Assembly (NCBI GenBank): GCA_043228905.1
Contig: JBHGNT010000002.1
Coordinates: 62,001-126,000, forward strand
Direction: 5' to 3'
DNA: 64,000 bases
DNA from: Azolla caroliniana
Lineage: Eukaryota; Plantae; Polypodiophyta
Shown here: one piece after another, positions 12,379 to 24,800 of the stretch
How positions within the stretch are numbered: the first letter of the stretch is position 1
Layout of the letters: each line of letters begins with the position of its first letter
Translations under genes and position numbers: made by a program
Notes under the pieces: model-generated
The model's database searches: none
What the model was told of the DNA's origin: nothing
Seen by the model: the letters and a program-made list of their open reading frames with translations, nothing else

Positions 12379-15300
12379 TTGTTATCTTCGATTCACATGT
12401 TTGAACACAAAAATCCGATATCACACGAGCCAGGTATGAACATTTTCATTTACTCAAGGGCTCCTCTCAACTCACTACTCGTGTTTGGTAATTTAATCAT
12501 GTCTGTCGACTTGAGTTTCAAAATCTTGATTTTTCAATTCCATATCAATGCTAGCGTTGTTAGCTTCGATTCGCATGTTTGAACACAAAACTCCGATATC
12601 ACATGAGCCAGGTATGAACATTTTAATTTACCGAAGGGCTCCTCTCAACTCCCTCCTCATGTTTGCTAATTTCGTCGTGTCTCTCGACCTGAGTTTCAAA
12701 ATCTTGATTTTTGAATTCCATATCATAGCTAGCGTTGTTAGCTTCGATTCGCATGTTTGAACACAAAAATCCGATATCACACGAGCCAGGTATGAACATT
12801 TTATTTTACTCAAGGGCTCCTCTCAACTCCCTCCTCATGTTTGCTAATTTCGTCGTGTCTCTGGACCTGAGTTTCAAAATCTTGATTTTTGAATTCCATC
12901 TCATAGCTAGCGTTGTTAGCTTTGATTCGCATGTTTGAACATAAAAATCCGATATCACACGAGCCAGGTATGAACATTTTCATTTACTCAAGGGCTCCTC
13001 TCAACTCACTACTCATGTTTGGTAATTTAATCACGTCTCTCGACCTGAGTTTCAAAATCTTGATTTTTGAATTCCATATCATAGCTAGCGTTGTTAGCTT
13101 CGATTCGCATGTTTGAACACAAAAATCCGATATCACACGAGCCAGGTATGAATATTTTAATTTACTCAAGGGCTCCTCTCAACTCACTCCTCAAATTTGG
13201 TAATGTCATCATGTCTCTCGATCTGAGTTTCAAAATCTTGATTTTTGAATTCCATATCATGGCTAGCGTTGTTATCTTCGATTCGCATGTTTGAACACAA
13301 AAATCCGATACCACACGAGCCAGGTATGAACATTTTCATTTACTCAAGGGCTCCTCTCTACTCACTACTCACGTTTGGTAATTTAATCATGTCTCTCGAA
13401 CCAGGTATGAACATTTTCATTTACCCACTAGCTCTTCTCAACTCACTCCTCAAATTTGGTATTTTCGTCATGTCTCTAGACCTGAGTTTCAAAATCTTGA
13501 ATTTTCAAATCCATATCATGGCTAGCGTTGTTAGCTTCGATTCACATGTTTGAACACAAAAATCCAATATCACACGAGCCAGGTATGAACATTTTAATTT
13601 ACTCAAGGGCTCCTCTCAACTCACTCCTCAAATTTGGTATTTTCGTCATGTCTCTCGACCTGAGTTTCAAAATCTTGATTTTTTAATTCCATATCATAGC
13701 TAGCGTTGTTAGCTTCGATTCCCATGTTTGAACACAAAAATCCGATATTACACGAGCCAGCTATGAACATTTTAATTTAGTCAAGGGCTCCTCTCAACTC
13801 ACTCCTCAAATTTGGTAATTTCGTCATGTCTCTCGACCTGAGTTTCAAAATCTTGATTTTTCAATTCCATATCATGGCTAGCGTTGTTATCTTCGATTCG
13901 CATGTTTGAACACAAAAATCCGATATCACACGAGCCAGGTATGAACATTTTCATTTACTCAAGGGCTCCTCTCAACTCACTACTCATGTTTGGTAATTTA
14001 ATCACGTCTCTCGACCTGAGTTTCAAAATCTTGATTTTTCAATACCATATCATAGCTAGCGTTGTTAGCTTCGATTCGCATGTTTGAACACAAAAATCCG
14101 ATATCACACGAGCCAGGTATGAACATTTTAATTTACTCAAGGGCTCCTCTCAACTCGCTCCTCATGTTTGCTAATTTCGTCGTGTCTCTCGACCTGAGTT
14201 TCAAAATCTTGATTTGTTAATTCCATATCATAGCTAGCGTTGTTAGCTTCGATTCCCATGTTTGAACACAAAAATCCGATATCACACAAGCCAGGTATGA
14301 ACATTTTAATTTACCTACTAGCTCTTCTCAACTCACTCCTCAAATTTGGTAATTTCGTCATGTCTCTCGACCTGAGTTTAAAATCTTGATTTTCTAATTC
14401 CATATCATAGCTAGCGTTGTTAGCTTCGATTCGCATGTTTGAACACAAGAATCCGATATTACACGAGCCAGATATGAACATTTTAATTTACTCAAGGGCT
14501 CCTCTCAACTCGCTCCTCATGTTTGCTAATTTCGTCGTGTCTCTCGACCTGAGTTTCAAAATCTTGATTTGTTAATTCCATATCATAGCTAGCGTTGTTA
14601 GCTTCGATTCCCATGTTTGAACACAAAAATCCGATATCACACAAGCCAGGTATGAACATTTTAATTTACCTACTAGCTCTTCTCAACTCACTCCTAAAAT
14701 TTGGTAATTTCGTCATGTCTCTCGACCTGAGTTTAAAATCTTGATTTTCTAATTCCATATCATAGCTAGCGTTGTTAGCTTCGATTCGCATGTTTGAACA
14801 CAAAAATCCGATATTACACGAGCCAGATATGAACATTTTAATTTACTCAAGGGCTCCTCTCAACTCACTACTCATGTTTGCTAATTTCGTCATGTCTCTC
14901 GACCGGAGTTTCAAAATCTTGATTTTTGAATTCCATATCATAACTAGCGTTGTTAGCTTCGATTCCCATGTTTGAACACAAAAATCCGATATCACACGAG
15001 CCAGGTATGAACATTTTCATTTACTCAAGGGCTCCTCTCAACTCACTACTCATGTTTGGTAATTTAATCATGTCTCTCGACTTGAGTTTCAAAATCTTGA
15101 TTTTTCAATTCCATATCATAGCTAGCGTTGTTAGCTTCGATTCGCATGTTTGAACACAAAACTCCGATATCACACGAGCCAGGTATGAACATTTTAATTT
15201 ACCGAAGGGCTCCTCTCAACTCCCTCCTCATGTTTGCTAATTTCGTCGTGTCTCTCGACCTGAGTTTCAAAATCTTGATTTTTGAATTCCATATCATAGC

Positions 15301-18300
15301 TAGCGTTGTTAGCTTCGATTCGCATGTTTGAACACAAAAATCCGATATCACACGAGCCAGGTATGAACATTTTATTTTACTCAAGGGCTCCTCTCAACTC
15401 CCTCCTCATGTTTGCTAATTTCGTCGTGTCTCTGGACCTGAGTTTCAAAATCTTGATTTTTGAATTCCATCTCATAGCTAGCGTTGTTAGCTTTGATTCG
15501 CATGTTTGAACATAAAAATCCGATATCACACGAGCCAGGTATGAACATTTTCATTTACTCAAGGGCTCCTCTCAACTCACTACTCATGTTTGGTAATTTA
15601 ATCACGTCTCTCGACCTGAGTTTCAAAATCTTGATTTTTGAATTCCATATCATAGCTAGCGTTGTTAGCTTCGATTCGCATGTTTGAACACAAAAATCCG
15701 ATATCACACGAGCCAGGTATGAATATTTTAATTTACTCAAGGGCTCCTCTCAACTCACTCGTCAAATTTGGTAATGTCATCATGTCTCTCGATCTGAGTT
15801 TCAAAATCTTGATTTTTGAATTCCATATCATGGCTAGCGTTGTTATCTTCGATTCGCATGTTTGAACACAAAAATCCGATACCACACGAGCCAGGTATGA
15901 ACATTTTCATTTACTCAAGGGCTCCTCTCTACTCACTACTCACGTTTGGTAATTTAATCATGTCTCTCGAACCAGGTATGAACATTTTCATTTACCCACT
16001 AGCTCTTCTCAACTCACTCCTCAAATTTGGTATTTTCGTCATGTCTCTCGACCTGAGTTTCAAAATCTTGATTTTTCAATTCCATATCATGGCTAGCGTT
16101 GTTATTTTCGATTCGCATGTTTGAACACAAAAATCCGATATCACACGAGCCAGGTATGAACATTTTCATTTACTCAAGGGCTCCTCTCAACTCACTACTC
16201 ATGTTTGGTAATTTAATCATGTCTCTCGACCTGAGTTTCAAAATCTTCATTTTTCAATTCGATATCATAGCTAGCGTTGTTAGCTTCGATTCGCATGTTT
16301 GAACACAAAAATCCGATATTACACGAGCCAGCTATGAACATTTTAATTTAGTCAAGGGCTCCTCTCAACTCACTCCTCAAATTTGGTAATTTCGTCATGT
16401 CTCTCGACCTGAGTTTCAAAATCTTGATTTTTCAATTCCATATCATGGCTAGCGTTGTTATCTTCGATTCGCATGTTTGAACACAAAAATCCGATACCAC
16501 ACGAGCCAGGTATGAACATTTTCATTTACTCAAGGGCTCCTCTCAACTCACTACTCATGTTTGGTAATTTAATCACGTCTCTCGACCTGAGTTTCAAAAT
16601 CTTGATTTTTCAATACCATATCATAGCTAGCGTTGTTAGCTTCGATTCGCATGTTTGAACACAAAAATCCGATATCACACGAGCCAGGTATGAACATTTT
16701 AATTTACTCAAGGGCTCCTCTCAACTCGCTCCTCATGTTTGCTAATTTCGTCGTGTCTCTCGACCTGAGTTTCAAAATCTTGATTTGTTAATTCCATATC
16801 ATAGCTAGCGTTGTTAGCTTCGATTCCCATGTTTGAACACAAAAATCCGATATCACACAAGCCAGGTATGAACATTTTAATTTACCTACTAGCTCTTCTC
16901 AACTCACTCCTCAAATTTGGTAATTTCGTCATGTCTCTCGACCTGAGTTTAAAATCTTGATTTTCTAATTCCATATCATAGCTAGCGTTGTTAGCTTCGA
17001 TTCGCATGTTTGAACACAAGAATCCGATATTACACGAGCCAGATATGAACATTTTAATTTACTCAAGGGCTCCTCTCAACTCGCTCCTCATGTTTGCTAA
17101 TTTCGTCGTGTCTCTCGACCTGAGTTTCAAAATCTTGATTTGTTAATTCCATATCATAGCTAGCGTTGTTAGCTTCGATTCCCATGTTTGAACACAAAAA
17201 TCCGATATCACACAAGCCAGGTATGAACATTTTAATTTACCTACTAGCTCTTCTCAACTCACTCCTCAAATTTGGTAATTTCGTCATGTCTCTCGACCTG
17301 AGTTTAAAATCTTGATTTTCTAATTCCATATCATAGCTAGCGTTGTTAGCTTCGATTCGCATGTTTGAACACAAAAATCCGATATTACACGAGCCAGATA
17401 TGAACATTTTAATTTACTCAAGGGCTCCTCTCAACTCACTACTCATGTTTGCTAATTTCGTCATGTCTCTCGACCGGAGTTTCAAAATCTTGATTTTTGA
17501 ATTCCATATCATAACTAGCGTTGTTAGCTTCGATTCCCATGTTTGAACACAAAAATCCGATATCACACGAGCCAGGTATGAACATTTTCATTTACTCAAG
17601 GGCTCCTCTCAACTCACTACTCATGTTTGGTAATTTAATCATGTCTCTCGACTTGAGTTTCAAAATCTTGATTTTTCAATTCCATATCATAGCTAGCGTT
17701 GTTAGCTTCGATTCGCATGTTTGAACACAAAACTCCGATATCACACGAGCCAGGTATGAACATTTTAATTTACCGAAGGGCTCCTCTCAACTCCCTCCTC
17801 ATGTTTGCTAATTTCGTCGTGTCTCTCGACCTGAGTTTCAAAATCTTGATTTTTGAATTCCATATCATAGCTAGCGTTGTTAGCTTCGATTCGCATGTTT
17901 GAACACAAAAATCCGATATCACACGAGCCAGGTATGAACATTTTATTTTACTCAAGGGCTCCTCTCAACTCCCTCCTCATGTTTGCTAATTTCGTCGTGT
18001 CTCTGGACCTGAGTTTCAAAATCTTGATTTTTGAATTCCATCTCATAGCTAGCGTTGTTAGCTTTGATTCGCATGTTTGAACATAAAAATCCGATATCAC
18101 ACGAGCCAGGTATGAACATTTTCATTTACTCAAGGGCTCCTCTCAACTCACTACTCATGTTTGGTAATTTAATCACGTCTCTCGACCTGAGTTTCAAAAT
18201 CTTGATTTTTGAATTCCATATCATAGCTAGCGTTGTTAGCTTCGATTCGCATGTTTGAACACAAAAATCCGATATCACACGAGCCAGGTATGAATATTTT

Positions 18301-18870
18301 AATTTACTCAAGGGCTCCTCTCAACTCACTCGTCAAATTTGGTAATGTCATCATGTCTCTCGATCTGAGTTTCAAAATCTTGATTTTTGAATTCCATATC
18401 ATGGCTAGCGTTGTTATCTTCGATTCGCATGTTTGAACACAAAAATCCGATACCACACGAGCCAGGTATGAACATTTTCATTTACTCAAGGGCTCCTCTC
18501 TACTCACTACTCACGTTTGGTAATTTAATCATGTCTCTCGAACCAGGTATGAACATTTTCATTTACCCACTAGCTCTTCTCAACTCACTCCTCAAATTTG
18601 GTATTTTCGTCATGTCTCTCGACCTGAGTTTCAAAATCTTGATTTTTCAATTCCATATCATGGCTAGCGTTGTTATTTTCGATTCGCATGTTTGAACACA
18701 AAAATCCGATATCACACGAGCCAGGTATGAACATTTTCATTTACTCAAGGGCTCCTCTCAACTCACTACTCATGTTTGGTAATTTAATCATGTCTCTCGA
18801 CCTGAGTTTCAAAATCTTCATTTTTCAATTCGATATCATAGCTAGCGTTGTTAGCTTCGATTCGCATGTT
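12379..18870 (+). repeat. 14-monomer higher-order repeat, 2571-bp period, ~2.5 tandem copies; a further copy at ~21422-24900
   Basis: ORF variants repeat at +2571: 12735/15306/17877, 12913/15484/18055, 13245/15816/18387, 14772/17343, 16099/18670. 2571 = 259+11x178+2x177. The block from 15128 recurs at +6294 (21422, 22393, 23637, 24681). Confidence 0.92.
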
Positions 18871-21800
18871 TGAACACAAAAATCCGATATCACACGAGCC
18901 AGGTATGAACATTTTCATTTACCCACAAGCTCTTCTCAACTCACTCCTCAAATTTGGTAATTTCGTCATGTCTCTCGACCTGAGTTTCAAAATCTTGATT
19001 TTTTAATTCGATATCATAGCTAGCGTTGTTAGCTTCGATTCGCATTTTTGAACCCAAAAATCCGATATTACACGAGCCAGGTATGAACATTTTAATTTAC
19101 TCACGGGCTCCTCTCAACTCACTACGCATGTTTGGTAATTTCGTCATGTCTCTCGACCTGAGATTCGAAATCTTGATTTTTGAATTCCATATCATAGCTA
19201 GCGTTGTTAGCTTCGATTCGCATGTTTGAACACAAAAATCCGATATCACACGAGCCAGGTATGAACATTTTAATTTACCGAAGGGCTCCTCTCAACTCCC
19301 TCCTCATGTTTGCTAATTTCGTCGTGTCTCTCGACCTGAGTTTCAAAATCTTGATTTTTGAATTCCATATCATAGCTAGCGTTGTTAGCTTCGATTCGCA
19401 TGTTTGAACACAAAAATCCGATATCACACGAGCCAGGTATGAACATTTTATTTTACTCAAGGGCTCCTCTCAACTCCCTCCTCATGTTTGCTAATTTCGT
19501 CGTGTCTCTGGACCTGAGTTTCAAAATCTTGATTTTTGAATTCCATCTCATAGCTAGCGTTGTTAGCTTTGATTCGCATGTTTGAACATAAAAATCCGAT
19601 ATCACACGAGCCAGGTATGAACATTTTCATTTACTCAAGGGCTCCTCTCAACTCACTACTCATGTTTGGTAATTTAATCACGTCTCTCGACCTGAGTTTC
19701 AAAATCTTGATTTTTGAATTCCATATCATAGCTAGCGTTGTTAGCTTCGATTCGCATGTTTGAACACAAAAATCCGATATCACACGAGCCAGGTATGAAT
19801 ATTTTAATTTACTCAAGGGCTCCTCTCAACTCACTCCTCAAATTTGGTAATGTCATCATGTCTCTCGATCTGAGTTTCAAAATCTTGATTTTTGAATTCC
19901 ATATCAATGCTAGCGTTGTTATCTTCGATTCGCATGTTTGAACACAAAAATCCGATACCACACGAGCCAGGTATGAACATTTTCATTTACTCAAGGGCTC
20001 CTCTCTACTCACTACTCACGTTTGGTAATTTAATCATGTCTCTCGAACCAGGTATGAACATTTTCATTTACCCACTAGCTCTTCTCAACTCACTCCTCAA
20101 ATTTGGTATTTTCGTCATGTCTCTAGACCTGAGTTTCAAAATCTTGATTTTTCAAATCCATATCATGGCTAGCGATGTTAGCTTCGATTCACATGTTTGA
20201 ACACAAAAATCCGATATCACACGAACCAGGTATGAACATTTTAATTTACCCACTAGCTCTTCTGAACTCACTCCTCAAATTTGGTATTTTCGTCATGTCT
20301 CTCGACCTGAGTTTCAAAATCTTGATTTTTTAATTCCATATCATAGCTAGCGTTGTTAGCTTCGATTCGCATGTTTGAACACAAAAATCCGATATTACAC
20401 GAGCCAGGTATGAACATTTTCATTTACTCAAGGGCTCCTCTCAACTCCCTCCTCAAATTTGGTAATTTCGTCATGTCTCTCGACCTGAGTTTCAAAATCT
20501 TGATTTATCAATTCCATATCATGGCTAGCGTTGTTATCTTCGTTTCGCATGTTCGAACACAAAAATCCGATATCACACGAGCTAGGTATGAACATTTTCA
20601 TTTACTCAAGGGCTCCTCTCAACTCACTCCTCAAATTTGGTAATTTCGTCATGTCTGTCGACCTGAGTTTTAAAATTTTGATTTTTCAATTCCATATCAT
20701 GGCTAGCGTTGTTATCTTCGATTCGCATGTTTGAACACAAAAATCCGATATCACACGAGCCAGGTATGAACATTTTCATTTACTCAAGGGCTCCTCTCAA
20801 CTCACTACTCATGTTTGGTAATTTAATCATGTCTCTCGACCTGAGTTTCAAAATCTTGATTTTTCAATACCATATCATAGCTGGCGTTGTTAGCTTCGAT
20901 TCACATGTTTGAACATAAAAATCCGATATCACACGAGCCAGGTATGAACATTTTAATTTACTCAAGGGCTCCTCTCAACTCACTACTCATGTTTGCTAAT
21001 TTCGTCCTGTCTCTCGAACTGAGTTTCACAATATTGATTTTTGAATTCCATATCATAGCTAGCGTTGTTAGCTTCGATTCGCATATTTGAACACAAAAAT
21101 CCGATATCACACGAGCCAGGTATGAACATTTTAATTTACTCAAGGGCTCCTATCAACTCACTCCTCAAATTTGGTAATTGAATCATGTCTCTCGACCTGA
21201 GTTTCAAAATCTTCATTTTTTAAAATCCATATCATAGCTAGCGTTGTTAGCTTCGATTCATATGTTTGAACACAAAAATCCGATATCACACGAGCCAGGT
21301 ATGAACATTTTCCTTTACCCACTAGCTCTTCTCAACTCACTACTCATGTTTGCTAATTTCGTCCTGTCTCTCGAACTGAGTTTCAAAATCTTGATTTTTG
21401 AATTCCATATCATAGCTAGCGTTGTTAGCTTCGATTCGCATGTTTGAACACAAAAATCCGATATCACACGAGCCAGGTATGAACATTTTAATTTACCGAA
21501 GGGCTCCTCTCAACTCCCTCCTCATGTTTGCTAATTTCGTCGTGTCTCTCGACCTGAGTTTCAAAATCTTGATTTTTGAATTCCATATCATAGCTAGCGT
21601 TTTTAGCTTCGATTCGCATGTTTGAACACAAAAATCCGATATCACACGAGCCAGGTATGAACATTTTATTTTACTCAAGGGCTCCTCTCAACTCCCTCCT
21701 CATGTTTGCTAATTTCGTCGTGTCTCTGGACCTGAGTTTCAAAATCTTGATTTTTGAATTCCATCTCATAGCTAGCGTTGTTAGCTTTGATTCGCATGTT

Positions 21801-24800
21801 TGAACATAAAAATCCGATATCACACGAGCCAGGTATGAACATTTTCATTTACTCAAGGGCTCCTCTCAACTCACTACTCATGTTTGGTAATTTAATCACG
21901 TCTCTCGACCTGAGTTTCAAAATCTTGATTTTTGAATTCCATATCATAGCTAGCGTTGTTAGCTTCGATTCGCATGTTTGAACACAAAAATCCGATATCA
22001 CACGAGCCAGGTATGAATATTTTAATTTACTCAAGGGCTCCTCTCAACTCACTCCTCAAATTTGGTAATGTCATCATGTCTCTCGATCTGAGTTTCAAAA
22101 TCTTGATTTTTGAATTCCATATCATGGCTAGCGTTGTTATCTTCGATTCGCATGTTTGAACACAAAAATCCGATACCACACGAGCCAGGTATGAACATTT
22201 TCATTTACTCAAGGGCTCCTCTCTACTCACTACTCACGTTTGGTAATTTAATCATGTCTCTCGAACCAGGTATGAACATTTTCATTTACCCACTAGCTCT
22301 TCTCAACTCACTCCTCAAATTTGGTATTTTCGTCATGTCTCTCGACCTGAGTTTCAAAATCTTGATTTTTCAATTCCATATCATGGCTAGCGTTGTTATT
22401 TTCGATTCGCATGTTTGAACACAAAAATCCGATATCACACGAGCCAGGTATGAACATTTTCATTTACTCAAGGGCTCCTCTCAACTCACTACTCATGTTT
22501 GGTAATTTAATCATGTCTCTCGACCTGAGTTTCAAAATCTTCATTTTTCAATTCGATATCATAGCTAGCGTTGTTAGCTTCGATTCGCATGTTTGAACAC
22601 AAAAATCCGATATTACACGAGCCAGCTATGAACATTTTAATTTAGTCAAGGGCTCCTCTCAACTCACTCCTCAAATTTGGTAATTTCGTCATGTCTCTCG
22701 ACCTGAGTTTCAAAATCTTGATTTTTCAATTCCATATCATGGCTAGCGTTGTTATCTTCGATTCGCATGTTTGAACACAAAAATCCGATACCACACGAGC
22801 CAGGTATGAACATTTTCATTTACTCAAGGGCTCCTCTCAACTCACTACTCATGTTTGGTAATTTAATCACGTCTCTCGACCTGAGTTTCAAAATCTTGAT
22901 TTTTCAATACCATATCATAGCTAGCGTTGTTAGCTTCGATTCGCATGTTTGAACACAAAAATCCGATATCACACGAGCCAGGTATGAACATTTTAATTTA
23001 CTCAAGGGCTCCTCTCAACTCGCTCCTCATGTTTGCTAATTTCGTCGTGTCTCTCGACCTGAGTTTCAAAATCTTGATTTGTTAATTCCATATCATAGCT
23101 AGCGTTGTTAGCTTCGATTCCCATGTTTGAACACAAAAATCCGATATCACACAAGCCAGGTATGAACATTTTAATTTACCTACTAGCTCTTCTCAACTCA
23201 CTCCTCAAATTTGGTAATTTCGTCATGTCTCTCGACCTGAGTTTAAAATCTTGATTTTCTAATTCCATATCATAGCTAGCGTTGTTAGCTTCGATTCGCA
23301 TGTTTGAACACAAGAATCCGATATTACACGAGCCAGATATGAACATTTTAATTTACTCAAGGGCTCCTCTCAACTCGCTCCTCATGTTTGCTAATTTCGT
23401 CGTGTCTCTCGACCTGAGTTTCAAAATCTTGATTTGTTAATTCCATATCATAGCTAGCGTTGTTAGCTTCGATTCCCATGTTTGAACACAAAAATCCGAT
23501 ATCACACAAGCCAGGTATGAACATTTTAATTTACCTACTAGCTCTTCTCAACTCACTCCTCAAATTTGGTAATTTCGTCATGTCTCTCGACCTGAGTTTA
23601 AAATCTTGATTTTCTAATTCCATATCATAGCTAGCGTTGTTAGCTTCGATTCGCATGTTTGAACACAAAAATCCGATATTACACGAGCCAGATATGAACA
23701 TTTTAATTTACTCAAGGGCTCCTCTCAACTCACTACTCATGTTTGCTAATTTCGTCATGTCTCTCGACCGGAGTTTCAAAATCTTGATTTTTGAATTCCA
23801 TATCATAACTAGCGTTGTTAGCTTCGATTCCCATGTTTGAAGACAAAAATCCGATATCACACGAGCCAGGTATGAACATTTTCATTTACTCAAGGGCTCC
23901 TCTCAACTCACTACTCATGTTTGGTAATTTAATCATGTCTCTCGACTTGAGTTTCAAAATCTTGATTTTTCAATTCCATATCATAGCTAGCGTTGTTAGC
24001 TTCGATTCGCATGTTTGAACACAAAACTCCGATATCACACGAGCCAGGTATGAACATTTTAATTTACCGAAGGGCTCCTCTCAACTCCCTCCTCATGTTT
24101 GCTAATTTCGTCGTGTCTCTCGACCTGAGTTTCAAAATCTTGATTTTTGAATTCCATATCATAGCTAGCGTTGTTAGCTTCGATTCGCATGTTTGAACAC
24201 AAAAATCCGATATCACACGAGCCAGGTATGAACATTTTATTTTACTCAAGGGCTCCTCTCAACTCCCTCCTCATGTTTGCTAATTTCGTCGTGTCTCTGG
24301 ACCTGAGTTTCAAAATCTTGATTTTTGAATTCCATCTCATAGCTAGCGTTGTTAGCTTTGATTCGCATGTTTGAACATAAAAATCCGATATCACACGAGC
24401 CAGGTATGAACATTTTCATTTACTCAAGGGCTCCTCTCAACTCACTACTCATGTTTGGTAATTTAATCACGTCTCTCGACCTGAGTTTCAAAATCTTGAT
24501 TTTTGAATTCCATATCATAGCTAGCGTTGTTAGCTTCGATTCGCATGTTTGAACACAAAAATCCGATATCACACGAGCCAGGTATGAATATTTTAATTTA
24601 CTCAAGGGCTCCTCTCAACTCACTCGTCAAATTTGGTAATGTCATCATGTCTCTCGATCTGAGTTTCAAAATCTTGATTTTTGAATTCCATATCATGGCT
24701 AGCGTTGTTATCTTCGATTCGCATGTTTGAACACAAAAATCCGATACCACACGAGCCAGGTATGAACATTTTCATTTACTCAAGGGCTCCTCTCTACTCA

